The translations under genes and the position numbers were made by a program. From Acidimicrobiia bacterium (lineage in GTDB: Bacteria > Actinomycetota > Acidimicrobiia > Acidimicrobiales > UBA8592), in the NCBI GenBank assembly GCA_963854265.1, contig CAWKYX010000001.1, positions 396 to 64,395 of the forward strand: a DNA stretch of 64,000 nt, given 5' to 3'. The notes beneath the pieces are model-generated. The model was not told the origin of the DNA, made no database searches, and saw only the letters and a list, made by a program, of their open reading frames with translations. This document shows, piece by piece, positions 36,238-46,370 of this stretch. Within the stretch, counting starts at the first letter, position 1. Each line of letters opens with the position of its first letter.

Positions 36238-37238
36238 TGCAACTCGACAGATTCGACTGGCTCGCCCAACGCGTTGAGTCGGCCATTGATCCAGACCGCG
36301 TCATCGTCGACCCCCACCATCACCTCTGGAAGCGCGGGGGCAGTACCTACCTTGCTCCGGAGCTGCTGGCGGATCTGACCGTCAGCCACAACGTGATCAA
36401 GACCGTCTTTGTTGACTGCCTGGCCAATTACGACCGCGATCTCCCGAAGCACATGGCGCCCGTTGGCGAGACCCGGCTTGTCGCGGGTGAAGCCGATGCC
36501 ACCGATGCCGCTGGTGGGCCGACGATCGCGGGCATCGTGAGTCACGCCGACATGATGCTGGGCAACGCGGTCGAAGAAGTCTTGGCGGCCCACGACGCCG
36601 CCGGCGGAGGTCGCTTTCGGGGTATTCGTCATGCCACGTCGTGGGATGCGAGCGACGAGATCGGCCCGGGCCACAGCAAGCCTTTCGAGTCGATGATGAT
36701 CACCGATGACTTCCGGACCGGCGTACGCAAGCTTGCGGCTATGGGGTTCAGTTTTGATGCGTGGATCTTCCATCCTCAACTGGGCGAGTTGGCTGACCTT
36801 GCCGCCAATGCCTCCGAGGTCACGATCATCCTCAATCACCTTGGTGGGCCGATGGGTGTTGGACCCTACGCCGGCCGACACGACGAGATTCGGGTCCAAT
36901 GGCGCAACGACATGAGCGTCGTCGCGGCCAACCCCAACGTGATGCTGAAGGTGGGCGGCATCGGTATGAGTCATTTCTACGGCATGGACTGGAACACCTA
37001 TGCCATGCCTCCCGGGTCCGAGGAGGTCGCTGCCTTTTGGGCCGATGATGTGCACTTCTGTATCGACCTGTTCGGTCCCGATCGATGCATGTTCGAATCC
37101 AACTTTCCGGTCGATCGCCAGACCCTCACGTACTCGGTCTTGTGGAACTCCTTGCAGATCCTGGCAACGCGCTACAGCGATGCCGAGCAAGGCCAGTTGT
37201 TTGCCGGCACCGCAGAACGGGTATACCGACTGCCATGA
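36237..37238 (+). CDS. Amidohydrolase-2 family metal-dependent hydrolase (TIM barrel)
   Basis: DPHHHLW near the N-terminus is the metal-binding HxH. Length is 333 aa. The start overlaps the P450 stop (TGATG). Confidence 0.8.
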   Translation: MQLDRFDWLAQRVESAIDPDRVIVDPHHHLWKRGGSTYLAPELLADLTVSHNVIKTVFVDCLANYDRDLPKHMAPVGETRLVAGEADATDAAGGPTIAGIVSHADMMLGNAVEEVLAAHDAAGGGRFRGIRHATSWDASDEIGPGHSKPFESMMITDDFRTGVRKLAAMGFSFDAWIFHPQLGELADLAANASEVTIILNHLGGPMGVGPYAGRHDEIRVQWRNDMSVVAANPNVMLKVGGIGMSHFYGMDWNTYAMPPGSEEVAAFWADDVHFCIDLFGPDRCMFESNFPVDRQTLTYSVLWNSLQILATRYSDAEQGQLFAGTAERVYRLP

Positions 37239-38347
37239 GCCTTAACTTCGAGATGCGCCCCGAGTGGGAAGAGCTACGCCTTCGGGCCCGCGAGGTCGCG
37301 GCCCACGGGGTCGCCGTCTACGGTAAACACCACGACTCCTGGGTCAACGGCTACTCCAAGGAGTTCTCCCAGGTTCTCGCGGCTGAGGGGTGGATCGGGA
37401 TGACCTGGCCCACCGAAGTTGGCGGCGGCGGCCGCCCAGGGATCGAGCGCATCATCATGGCCGAGGAGATGATCAGCGCAGGTGCTCCCATCTCAGCCAG
37501 CTGGGTGGCCGATCGTCAGATGGGTCCGGCCATCTTCACCTATGGCACGGCTGATCAACAGGCTGAGTTTCTCCCCGGAATGTTGTCGGGTCAGGCCACC
37601 TGGTGCATTGGCATGAGCGAGCCCGATGCGGGGTCGGACTTGGCGGCGCTCAAGACGTCGGCGGTGCGCGACGGGGTCGACTACATCCTCAACGGCCAGA
37701 AAATCTGGACGAGCTTCGCCGCAAATGCCGAGTACTGCTACCTGATCTGTCGGACCGACAGCAGCGGACCGCCCCATAAAGGCGTCAGCGAGCTCATCGT
37801 CCCCATGGGCCTTCCTGGCATCGAGGTTCGCACGGTCGAAGACATGATCAACAACGATCATTTCTGCGAGGTTTTCTTCACCGATGTACGGGTTCCTGCC
37901 GAGAACCTGGTGGGCGTCGAGGGTGATGCCTTCCGCCAGACCATGGCGCAGCTCGGTAACGAGCGCGGCGGGATCGATCGGCTGGTCTCCAACCGCCCGC
38001 TCTATGACCTTGCACTCGAACATGCCGATCGGAGTGACCCCCTCGTGCGTCAGGAGATCGCGAAGCTCGAGACGGGCTACCGGCTGGGACGGTTGCTTGT
38101 CTATCAGGGGGCGCTGGGCCAAGGCCTCGCCGATTTCAGCGCTGGTACGAAGGCCTTCTGCACCGAGCATGAGCAACGTGTTGCCAACTTTGCCGCCCGG
38201 GTACTTGGGCCTGCCGCGATGGTGGGCGACGAGATCCCCAACGCTGTTTGTTATCAGCCGGCCTACACAATCCAGGGCGGCATGTCGCCTATCATGCGCA
38301 ACATCTTGGGCGAGCGAGTCTTGCGACTCCCGCGCGAACCGAGGTAG
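37235..38347 (+). CDS. Acyl-CoA dehydrogenase
   Basis: ORF 37085..38347 is trimmed to ATG 37235 (ATGA overlap). GMSEPDAGSDLAALKTSA and the C-terminal QGGMSPIMRNILGERVL are ACAD patterns. Confidence 0.9.
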   Translation: MSLNFEMRPEWEELRLRAREVAAHGVAVYGKHHDSWVNGYSKEFSQVLAAEGWIGMTWPTEVGGGGRPGIERIIMAEEMISAGAPISASWVADRQMGPAIFTYGTADQQAEFLPGMLSGQATWCIGMSEPDAGSDLAALKTSAVRDGVDYILNGQKIWTSFAANAEYCYLICRTDSSGPPHKGVSELIVPMGLPGIEVRTVEDMINNDHFCEVFFTDVRVPAENLVGVEGDAFRQTMAQLGNERGGIDRLVSNRPLYDLALEHADRSDPLVRQEIAKLETGYRLGRLLVYQGALGQGLADFSAGTKAFCTEHEQRVANFAARVLGPAAMVGDEIPNAVCYQPAYTIQGGMSPIMRNILGERVLRLPREPR

Positions 38348-38351
38348 CCCC

Positions 38352-39131
38352 ATGGATCTCGACCTCGCCGGCAAGACTGCATTGATTACGGGTAGCTACC
38401 GGGGGACCGGTGCCGGTATCGCCGCGGTCCTGGCCCGTGAAGGTGCCAAGGTTCTGGTCCATGGCTTCGAGGGTGGACAGCCAGATGAGACCGTGGCCGG
38501 CATTGTCCAAGCCGGGGGAGTGGCCGAGGGTGTCGTTGCCGACATCAGTACCGACGAGGGCGCTTCACAGCTTGCAAGTACGGCCGGCGAGGTTGACATC
38601 CTGGTCAACAACTACGGCACACCCGTCGGCTCCACGTGGTCGTCGATGGATGACTGGGCCGAAGAGTGGAACCGCAACGTGCTGGTCAGCGTGCGCGTCG
38701 CTCAGCTCTGTATCCCCACCATGCGTGAGCAGGCGTGGGGTCGCATTGTCTTCATCGGCACCATTGGTGCTCGCCAACCCGGCACCCATAATCCGGGTTA
38801 CTACGGCGCCAAGGCGGGGCTGCACGCGATGGTCCGAGCGCTGGCAAAGGATCTCCGCGGTGCTGGTGTCACGGCCAATCTGTTGAGCCCCGGCATGATC
38901 GCCACCGCCGAGGTGCGCGAGATGCTGACGCGCCGCGCCGCCAAGCGCGACATCGGCCCCGACTGGGCCGACGTGCAGCGCTGGGGCATCGAACACGCGA
39001 TGCCCAACCTGACCGAGCGCATCCCCGATCCCGAAGACATCGGTCGAGTGGTCGCGTTCTTGGCTAGCGAAGCGGCCTGGCACATCAACGGTGCCGACAT
39101 CGCGGTCGACGGTGGGGCACTCGACGCCTAG
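38352..39131 (+). CDS. Short-chain dehydrogenase/reductase
   Basis: ORF 37884..39131 is trimmed to ATG 38352. ITGSYRGTGAGIA, NNYG, YYGAKAG and VDGG. Confidence 0.85.
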   Translation: MDLDLAGKTALITGSYRGTGAGIAAVLAREGAKVLVHGFEGGQPDETVAGIVQAGGVAEGVVADISTDEGASQLASTAGEVDILVNNYGTPVGSTWSSMDDWAEEWNRNVLVSVRVAQLCIPTMREQAWGRIVFIGTIGARQPGTHNPGYYGAKAGLHAMVRALAKDLRGAGVTANLLSPGMIATAEVREMLTRRAAKRDIGPDWADVQRWGIEHAMPNLTERIPDPEDIGRVVAFLASEAAWHINGADIAVDGGALDA

Positions 39132-39162
39132 CGAGTCACCGAAGAAGCGGCTTTGGGCTGAG

Positions 39163-39639
39163 CTACGGCTCGGCCCGCTGGACCCAGGTCCACTCAGTAC
39201 CGGCAAAGCCCTCGACGCCCATCGCCTCGAGTCGGCGGTGTGCGATGAGCCATCCATCGGTGGTTCGGACGAGCTGGTCGATGTATCGAAGCCGCAATGC
39301 TTCTTGGCGATCGTCACGCCACTCGTGCCAAGCCGTCACATATGTGGTGGCCGTTGCCTGGTCGCCATCGATCGTGACAATGCTCTGGCCGAGTTGATGT
39401 GCGGTCCGCCGAAACGATGCCTGTCCATCGGCGATGCGCTCGGCGATCTGACGTCGCCCCACGACCTCACCGCCGCGTCCGGGGCCATAGTCGGTGATGG
39501 CGTTGTGGGTGAACGTCGCTGCCACTCCCTCGATGTCGTATTCGTCAAGGCGCTCGCAGTAGCGAGCCAACAGGTCGGCGATCTGTTGTCGATCGAGAAG
39601 CTCGCGCAGGGCACGATCAGGCAGGGCCGGGTCGGTCAT
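39163..39639 (-). CDS. NTF2-fold / SnoaL_4-like protein
   Basis: ORF 39163..39738 is trimmed to ATG 39639 (ATGA overlap with the LLM stop). RELLDRQQIADLLARYCERLDEYD is a typical SnoaL_4 N-terminus. Confidence 0.7.
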   Translation of the reverse strand: MTDPALPDRALRELLDRQQIADLLARYCERLDEYDIEGVAATFTHNAITDYGPGRGGEVVGRRQIAERIADGQASFRRTAHQLGQSIVTIDGDQATATTYVTAWHEWRDDRQEALRLRYIDQLVRTTDGWLIAHRRLEAMGVEGFAGTEWTWVQRAEP

Positions 39640-40604
39640 GACCGGTCGGCCTGTCGTCGATCCGGCGCGAGGGCTTGCACAACCGGGGCCATGGCCCCGG
39701 CGGCGCTGTCGTAGAAGCTGACGTAGCTGAATCCCCATCGCTCTCGTTGACGTTCGAGTTTGTCGACGATCTGGTCAAGCGAGCCCAGCATGACATGAGG
39801 CGACGCCACGACGGCATCAACGTCGATGTCGATGTCGAAACCGAGTCCGCTACACCACCGGCTAGCCGCCCGGACGGGATCGTCGGTGACTTCCGCCAGA
39901 TACACCTGAAGATGCAATTCGAGCTCGTCGAATCGTGAGCCAGCGGCGCTCCGAACCCACTCAAGCTGTTCATCAGTGCTCGCCTCGTTGCCGGTGGGCA
40001 ATGCCGTGGCGTCGAACTGGCCGTTTCGGAGGTTCCAGTTGCAGCTGACGATGTCGGCCCGTCGTGCCGCTATCTGCAAGATGCGGCGGCCACCTCCACC
40101 GATCAACAGCGGGGGACGGGGACGCTGGGCCGCAGAGGGGACGGGGACGAGTCCGCTCACGTTGTAGGCCGGACCGGAGCTGCTCGTGAGCTCGTTTCTG
40201 AGGGCTTGGTCCAGCAGGTCCAGTGTCTCGACCATGCGGTCGATCCGGAGCGGTGCCGGATCCATTGGGATCCCCGACTGCTCGTAGTCCTCCAGCATCC
40301 AGCCGGCCCCAAGGCCCACCTCGAGGCGCCCGCCCGAGAGCAGGTCGATGGTTGCCAGCTCCTTCGCGAGGATCGCCGGCTGGCGGAAGTCGTTGGCCAG
40401 GACCGCCGATCCAATGCGAAGTGTGGTGGTGGCCATCGCGGCCGCCATGAGTGCTGGGATCGGGGCCACCGGAGACCGCTCGAAGTGATCGCTGAACAAG
40501 ACGATGTCGTAACCGGCGCTCTCCCAGCTTTGGATGAGCTTGATCCAGTCCGGGCCATGGGTCACCGGCGACATGTCGAGAACGCCAAATCGAAACGGAT
40601 GCAT
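39636..40604 (-). CDS. LLM-class F420-dependent oxidoreductase
   Basis: ORF 39636..40820 is trimmed to ATG 40604. MHPFRFGV...SDHF...LRIGSAVLANDFRQPAILAKELATIDLLSGGRLEVGLGAGW. Confidence 0.8.
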   Translation of the reverse strand: MHPFRFGVLDMSPVTHGPDWIKLIQSWESAGYDIVLFSDHFERSPVAPIPALMAAAMATTTLRIGSAVLANDFRQPAILAKELATIDLLSGGRLEVGLGAGWMLEDYEQSGIPMDPAPLRIDRMVETLDLLDQALRNELTSSSGPAYNVSGLVPVPSAAQRPRPPLLIGGGGRRILQIAARRADIVSCNWNLRNGQFDATALPTGNEASTDEQLEWVRSAAGSRFDELELHLQVYLAEVTDDPVRAASRWCSGLGFDIDIDVDAVVASPHVMLGSLDQIVDKLERQRERWGFSYVSFYDSAAGAMAPVVQALAPDRRQADRS

Positions 40605-40710
40605 GCCAAACCGTACGCGACGATTGCCGAACGGGCGAGCGTCCCTGCCCCGTCGAGGGGTCTGTGTGCGCCATGATGGGACGAAGTTCCGAGAGAGGTG
40701 TCTGGTGGCG

Positions 40711-41925
40711 ATGGAAGAACAAACTTGGCTCGAAGGCGTGCGCGTCCTTGACATCACGCGGTATTTGGCGGGCCCGGCGTGCACGCGTCTGCTGGTCGAG
40801 TTGGGTGCCGATGTGATCAAGATCGAGCAACCTCCCTATGGCGACCCCAATCGATCGAACCAGCCACGGATCAACCGCCGAGCCGGCTGTCACATCCAAC
40901 AGAACCGCGGCAAGCAGAGTGTGTGTCTCGACATCAACACACCCGAAGGTCAAGATCTCATTCGGCGCATCGTGCCCCACGTCGATGTGGTTGTGGAGAA
41001 CTACAGCCCTGGCGTATTGGCCCGCAAGGGTATCGGCTACGACGATCTCAGTGCCATCAAGCCCGACATTGTGATGGCATCAGTCTCGGGCTTCGGCCAG
41101 AGCGGCCCGTACTCCGAGCGGCCGTGTTTCGACCTCATTGCCCAAGGCATGGCCGGAGTGATGGAGATGACCGGCGAAACCGACGGTCCGCCGATGTTCG
41201 TGGGTATCGGGATGGCTGATACCAACGCTGGCGTCCATGCGTTTGCCGCGATTGGGCATGCGCTGTTTCACCGGGAGCGCACTGGCCGCGGCACCCACCT
41301 CGACATCTCGATGGTTGATTCGTTGTTCCACTTTCACGACATGGCCATCCACTCCGCGTCGATGGCTCCCGATGCGCCGCCGCTCACCCGTCAAGGGCGC
41401 GACTTCCCGACGTTGTCCCCGGCTGGGGCGTTTCGTGGCCCTACCGGTTGGATTGTCATCCTGTGTACTGAGTGGCAGATGGCGAACCTGTGGGACGCGC
41501 TTGGTCGACCGGATCTGGCCGACGACCCCAGGTTCTCGTCCAACCCGAACCGCATCGAACATCGTGGCGCGCTCACCGGGGTGATCGAGTCGTGGATGGG
41601 GACCTTCGATACCGACGAGCAAGTTCTTGCAGCCCTCGAGGCCGCCCGGGTCCCGTCGGGCCCGGCGCTCACGCCCACTCAGGCGCTCACCCATCCGCAC
41701 TTCGTCGAACGGAACATGGTTCGTCAGGTCGAAGACCCGCTCGCCGGCACCGTCACGATTCCGGGCTTCCCGTTCAAGAGCACCGACCCGCTGCCACCGG
41801 ACTCCTATGTTGCGCCCGCCCTCGGCGAGCACAACGTGTCGGTTCTGGGCGGCCTAGTCGGCCTGAGCGACACTGAGCTCGCAGCGTTGTCCGAGCAGGG
41901 CATCCTGGCATCGAAGCAGCACTGA
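40711..41925 (+). CDS. Family III CoA-transferase (paralogue of 25774..27012)
   Basis: ORF 40534..41925 is trimmed to ATG 40711. In the N-terminal segment I aligned by eye, 58 of 72 residues are identical to the 25774 gene (WLEGVRVLDITRYLAGPACTRLLVELGADVIKIE...). Confidence 0.85.
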   Translation: MEEQTWLEGVRVLDITRYLAGPACTRLLVELGADVIKIEQPPYGDPNRSNQPRINRRAGCHIQQNRGKQSVCLDINTPEGQDLIRRIVPHVDVVVENYSPGVLARKGIGYDDLSAIKPDIVMASVSGFGQSGPYSERPCFDLIAQGMAGVMEMTGETDGPPMFVGIGMADTNAGVHAFAAIGHALFHRERTGRGTHLDISMVDSLFHFHDMAIHSASMAPDAPPLTRQGRDFPTLSPAGAFRGPTGWIVILCTEWQMANLWDALGRPDLADDPRFSSNPNRIEHRGALTGVIESWMGTFDTDEQVLAALEAARVPSGPALTPTQALTHPHFVERNMVRQVEDPLAGTVTIPGFPFKSTDPLPPDSYVAPALGEHNVSVLGGLVGLSDTELAALSEQGILASKQH

Positions 41926-41932
41926 GGGCACT

Positions 41933-42409
41933 GTGATGGCTCCCAAGACGACGAGCGACGAACAGTACCGGACCCGCTTCCTCGACGATCTCGAGGTCGG
42001 TGAGTCCTTCGAGTCAGACTGGACAAGCCTGTCGATCGAGGAGATGTTGCGGTTCTCGAATGAGTTCGACCGCCAGTACTTCCACACCGATGTTGAGGCT
42101 GCTGCCGATTCGCCGTTTGGTGAGGTCATCGCGTCGGGTGCACACACATTTGCGGTCTGGAACCTGATCAACCTCGACGTCAACGGCGACATCGCTTGGA
42201 TTGCCGGCCTGGGTTTCGAGGAGTTCCGGTTCCCGAATCCCATGCGACCCGACGTTGAGTTCAAGGCAACAAGCGAGCTGGAATCTGTCCGGTCTTCGGG
42301 CTCGGATCCCAGCCGCGGTGTTACCCAGCACCGCTATCAGCTTGTCGGCCGCGATGGCGCGCTGCTGTTCACTGCGTTGTGCATAGCCCTGGTGCAGCGT
42401 CGAGGCTGA
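41933..42409 (+). CDS. MaoC-like dehydratase (hotdog fold)
   Basis: The 158-aa ORF has FDRQYFHTDVEAAADSPFGEVIASGAHTFAV, which is the MaoC pattern. The start is GTG 41933 or ATG 41936. Confidence 0.7.
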   Translation: MMAPKTTSDEQYRTRFLDDLEVGESFESDWTSLSIEEMLRFSNEFDRQYFHTDVEAAADSPFGEVIASGAHTFAVWNLINLDVNGDIAWIAGLGFEEFRFPNPMRPDVEFKATSELESVRSSGSDPSRGVTQHRYQLVGRDGALLFTALCIALVQRRG

Positions 42410-42536
42410 CCTGCGATTGTCTGCCGCCCACGTCGCGGCTTGCTGATGCGAGCATTGCGGTCACCCAGTACCGTGGAGTACTGAATCGCGTGCACGGGCT
42501 CGCCCCTCACCGTTTGTCGACCTCCAGGAGTGACCG

Positions 42537-43727
42537 ATGACAGATCTTGCCCCCAACGACGTGGTGATCGTCGATGCCGTGCGATCCGCTACGGCTCGCC
42601 GCAATGGCCGCCTGGCCGCCAAGCACAGCACCGCCTTGCTCGGTGAGGTTCTTGTCGGTTTGTTGGATCGCAACGCAATCGATGCAAGCGACGTCGATCA
42701 CGTCGCCGGCGGTTGCATCAACCAGGTTGGGATGCAGGGCAACAACATCGCCCGCACGGCGTGGCTTGCCGCCGGTCTTCCCATCGAGGTTCCGGCCAGC
42801 ACCACGAGCACCCAATGCGGGTCGGGACAACAGGCCAACATGTGGGCCCATTCGCTGATTGCCGGCGGCTTGGCCGACATTGTGATCGCATGCGGTGTGG
42901 AGTCGATGACCAACGTCCCGCTGGCATCCAACGTCCCGCGCGACGACGCTGGTGATCCGATGTTCGGCGAGCGGTTCACTCCGGCGTATGAAGCGCTGTA
43001 CGACGGCACCAACCAGTTTGAGGGTGGCGAGATGGTCGCTGCTCAGTGGGAACTCACCCGTGAGGAGCTCGACGCCTTTGGCGTCCGTTCACAGGCTCTG
43101 GCCCGGCGGGCTTGGGACGAAGGGCGCTTTGACGGCCAGATCATTCCTCTCGACACCACGACTCCCGATGGCGAACACATCGTGCATGATCGCGACGAGG
43201 GTTTACGTGAGACCGATATCGAAACTCTTTCGGCCCTCAAAGCCATTGCCGGACCCGACGGATACCACACCGCGGGGACGGCCTCCCAGATTGCCGACGC
43301 TGCCAGCGCCGTGTTGCTTATGAGCGCCGCCAAGGCCGAAGAGCTGGGGATTACCCCCCTTGCTCGGGTGGTCGATTCGTGCCTGGTGGGCAGCGACCCC
43401 GAGCTCATGCTGACGGGCCCGATGCCAGCGACGCGCAAGTTGCTCGAAGACAACGACCTGACGACCGATGACATCGACATCTATGAGATTAATGAAGCGT
43501 TCGGCGCGGTCGTGGTGGCCTGGGCAAAGGAACTCGGTATCGAGATCGATGACCGGGTCAATCCAAATGGGGGAGCGATTGCCATTGGGCACGCGCTTGG
43601 TTCAACGGGTCCCGTGCTGATCACCAAGACCGTCCACGAGCTCATTCGGTCCGGCGGTCGCTATGGCCTCGTCTCGATGTGCTGCGGCGGCGGACTCGGA
43701 ACCGGCACGCTCATCGAGCGCGTCTAA
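42537..43727 (+). CDS. Acetyl-CoA C-acyltransferase (thiolase)
   Basis: The active-site region is TTSTQCGSGQQA. NEAFGAVV, NGGAIAIGHALGSTG and C-terminal SMCCGGGLGTG are also present. Confidence 0.9.
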   Translation: MTDLAPNDVVIVDAVRSATARRNGRLAAKHSTALLGEVLVGLLDRNAIDASDVDHVAGGCINQVGMQGNNIARTAWLAAGLPIEVPASTTSTQCGSGQQANMWAHSLIAGGLADIVIACGVESMTNVPLASNVPRDDAGDPMFGERFTPAYEALYDGTNQFEGGEMVAAQWELTREELDAFGVRSQALARRAWDEGRFDGQIIPLDTTTPDGEHIVHDRDEGLRETDIETLSALKAIAGPDGYHTAGTASQIADAASAVLLMSAAKAEELGITPLARVVDSCLVGSDPELMLTGPMPATRKLLEDNDLTTDDIDIYEINEAFGAVVVAWAKELGIEIDDRVNPNGGAIAIGHALGSTGPVLITKTVHELIRSGGRYGLVSMCCGGGLGTGTLIERV

Positions 43728-43794
43728 GGAGCCGCGACCAGGCTCCAGGGCCCGAACGGCCCGCCCCGGAGGGGCACGAGTGGGGATAGGCGCA

Positions 43795-43836
43795 AGGACT
43801 TCAGTGGGAGAATTGCTCCCTAGCCGCTGAAGTCCT
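43795..43836. terminator. Nested stem-loop between convergent thiolase and crotonase genes
   Basis: The outer stem is AGGACTTCAG...CTGAAGTCCT (10 bp). It encloses GGGAG-AATTG-CTCCC. A GCCCC-GGA-GGGGC hairpin lies about 30 nt upstream. Confidence 0.4.
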
Positions 43837-43865
43837 AAGCCGGTGCTGGCGGTCTCAGGCTGTCG

Positions 43866-44612
43866 TTACCGGTCGAGGAAGGCTTGCACCGCGGCTTCGG
43901 CTTCGTCGGTGAAATAGCCGAGCGCGGTGGACTCAACGGCCATCGCAAGGCCATCGTCGGTGTTGCGGCGCAAGAACCGTTTGGCGGTGTCGGTCGCGGT
44001 CGACGAGTTGGCGGCTACCGCGCGGGCCATCGCAGTTGCGCGTTCCAAGAGCTGGTCAGCCTGTACGACTTCCATGACCAGGCCAATGGCCGCTGCCGTG
44101 TCGGCATCGATCACTTCGGCAGTGGTGGCCAACCGGGTTGTCCATGGGAGACCAATGACATCGGGTCCGCGGGTTAGTCCGAAGCCCGGGATCAGCCCTA
44201 GTGATGCTTCGCGGAATGCAAATGAGGCAGCCGGAGACGCTATTGCGAAGTCGCAAGCGAGGGTGATTTCGGTCCCACCACCGTGCGCGATCCCATTGAC
44301 CGCGCCGATGACGATCACCGATGCTTTTTCGATGGAGTGGAAGGCATCGAACACCGCCTTCAGATGTGGACGTACCGCGCTGATGTCGTCCATCAGCGCG
44401 GGGAACATAGCGATGTCGCCGCCGGCGGAGAATGCGCGGCCGGCACCCGTGAGGACCGCGGCTGACACCTGCGGGTCTGCGCTCAGCTCGTTCATCACTG
44501 CTGGCAGCTCAGCGAAAAAGGTCCGGTTCATGGCGTTGAGCTTCTCGGGCCGATCCATCGTCACGATGGCAACGCCGTCGGCCTTGGCGACCGAAATGGT
44601 TTCATAGCTCAC
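43866..44612 (-). CDS. Enoyl-CoA hydratase/isomerase (crotonase family)
   Basis: VTMDRPEKLNAMN, FSAGGDI and GIAHGGGTEITLACD. Confidence 0.85.
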   Translation of the reverse strand: MSYETISVAKADGVAIVTMDRPEKLNAMNRTFFAELPAVMNELSADPQVSAAVLTGAGRAFSAGGDIAMFPALMDDISAVRPHLKAVFDAFHSIEKASVIVIGAVNGIAHGGGTEITLACDFAIASPAASFAFREASLGLIPGFGLTRGPDVIGLPWTTRLATTAEVIDADTAAAIGLVMEVVQADQLLERATAMARAVAANSSTATDTAKRFLRRNTDDGLAMAVESTALGYFTDEAEAAVQAFLDR

Positions 44613-44651
44613 TGTTGTCTCGCTTCTCTGCGTTGCAGGTCGTTGACCAGG

Positions 44652-46370
44652 TCAGGTCGACGTCACCCTGGGCGCTTCGGTTATGCCGCGTTCGGCTAGT
44701 TCTGCTGCGATTTGTTCGCGGAGAATGTACTTCTTGATCTTCGTGCCCGACATCGGCCACTCGGCCACGAAGCGGACATATCGCGGCACCTTGAACGTCG
44801 AGATCTGCCCGCGGCAATGGTCGATGAGCTCTTGCTCGGTTGTGGTGGCGCCAGCCTTGAGCTCGATGAAAGCGGCGGGGACTTCGGTGTAGCGGGAGTC
44901 TGGGGCCGAGACGACTTGCACGATCTGGACGGCGGGATGGTCGACGAGGTGACCCTCGATCTCGGCCGCGGCGACGTTCTCGCCCCCGACCTTGAGCATG
45001 TCTTTGATGCGCCCCATATAGGTGACGCGGCCGTCGTGGTCGATGGTGCCGATGTCGCCGGAGTGGAACCACCCCTCGGCATCGATGACCTGGGCTGTGA
45101 GCTCGGGCTCGTTGTAGTAGCCCAAGAATAGGTTCCAGCCGCGATAGATGATTTCGCCGACCGTCCCGGGTGCGACGTCCTCGCCGGTGTCGAGGCCGAT
45201 GATGCGCACCTCGATGCCATCGAGGGGATGCCCACCCGTGGTGAGTCGTGTCTCCGGTGGATCATCGGGTAGCGCGATTGACAGGTGCGAGGTGGATTCG
45301 GTTCCCCCGAAGGTTGTGACCATCGGGGCTTGGGGGAATCGGTCCTGCATACTCCGCAGCCGCTCGGGTATTCCTACCGCGAGTACGAGCCTGATGGCAC
45401 TGAGGTCGGTCGCCGTGAAGTCGGGATGGTCAAGGATCTGGAGCCAGATGGTCTCGAACGCGGGGAGTGCGATCGTGCAGCGCTCGTCGACCAGCTGGCG
45501 GAGGGCGACGTCGGCGTCAAAGTGCCCGGCGTGCACAGCGGTGCACCCGGCAACGAAACAGGTGATGAGATAGCTCAGCCCACCAATGTGGAACATGGGC
45601 AGGGGAGTCCACGCCGCATCGTCGGGCCCGAGATGGAATCGGGTCTTGGCCACCAGGTGGCCTTGGCGGACCAGGGCTTCGTGGCTGAGCATGGCGCCCT
45701 TGGGCGAAGCCGTCGTTCCCGAGGTGTACATCATGAGACCGATGTCGCTTGGCCGGACCCGGATCTGGCGATCCTCGACGTCGTCGGGGCCCGCTTTGGC
45801 CGCCAGCAGGTCCAGGTCCGAACGGTTCAGGAAGCCGTCGCGACGCTCTTCCTCGACCGTGGCGACGTGGCGGAGCAGCGGCGCATCGGCCACGGCAACC
45901 TGGCCACCACCACCTACGCCGGTGGTGGCCAGCTCGGGGAAAGACTCGATCAGCAGGGCCGGGAAGTCGACCGCACCAGCCACACTCGTGGATGTCAGCA
46001 CGACTGCGAGGTCGCCGTTGGTAACCACATGGCGCAGCTCGCGAGCTTTGAATCGGGCATTCATGAGCACTGGGATTGCCCCGATCTTGGCTGCACCGAA
46101 CATTGCACCGAGGAAATCGATCATTGGTGGCAGCAGCAGCCCCACGGTTTCGCCGGGTTCCACGCCCAGGCCGAGCAGCGTTCGCGCGTAGTGGTCGGCG
46201 CGATCGGCAAGCTGGCGGTAAGTGGCGCGGTCGTCGGGGAGAGCCAGTGCGGTGACGTCGGGCGTCAGCTGCGCCTGGCGGTCGAGGAGGTCCCCCAGCG
46301 TCGTCACGTCGATCCATGGACGCACCGAGCCGTCAGGCCCGATCCGGTAGGTGGCCGGGTCAGTGGTCAT
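44652..46370 (-). CDS. Acyl-CoA synthetase / AMP-dependent ligase
   Basis: MYTSGTTASPKGA, WFHSGDIGTIDHDGRVTYMGRIKD and PMSGTKIKK. Confidence 0.9.
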   Translation of the reverse strand: MTTDPATYRIGPDGSVRPWIDVTTLGDLLDRQAQLTPDVTALALPDDRATYRQLADRADHYARTLLGLGVEPGETVGLLLPPMIDFLGAMFGAAKIGAIPVLMNARFKARELRHVVTNGDLAVVLTSTSVAGAVDFPALLIESFPELATTGVGGGGQVAVADAPLLRHVATVEEERRDGFLNRSDLDLLAAKAGPDDVEDRQIRVRPSDIGLMMYTSGTTASPKGAMLSHEALVRQGHLVAKTRFHLGPDDAAWTPLPMFHIGGLSYLITCFVAGCTAVHAGHFDADVALRQLVDERCTIALPAFETIWLQILDHPDFTATDLSAIRLVLAVGIPERLRSMQDRFPQAPMVTTFGGTESTSHLSIALPDDPPETRLTTGGHPLDGIEVRIIGLDTGEDVAPGTVGEIIYRGWNLFLGYYNEPELTAQVIDAEGWFHSGDIGTIDHDGRVTYMGRIKDMLKVGGENVAAAEIEGHLVDHPAVQIVQVVSAPDSRYTEVPAAFIELKAGATTTEQELIDHCRGQISTFKVPRYVRFVAEWPMSGTKIKKYILREQIAAELAERGITEAPRVTST

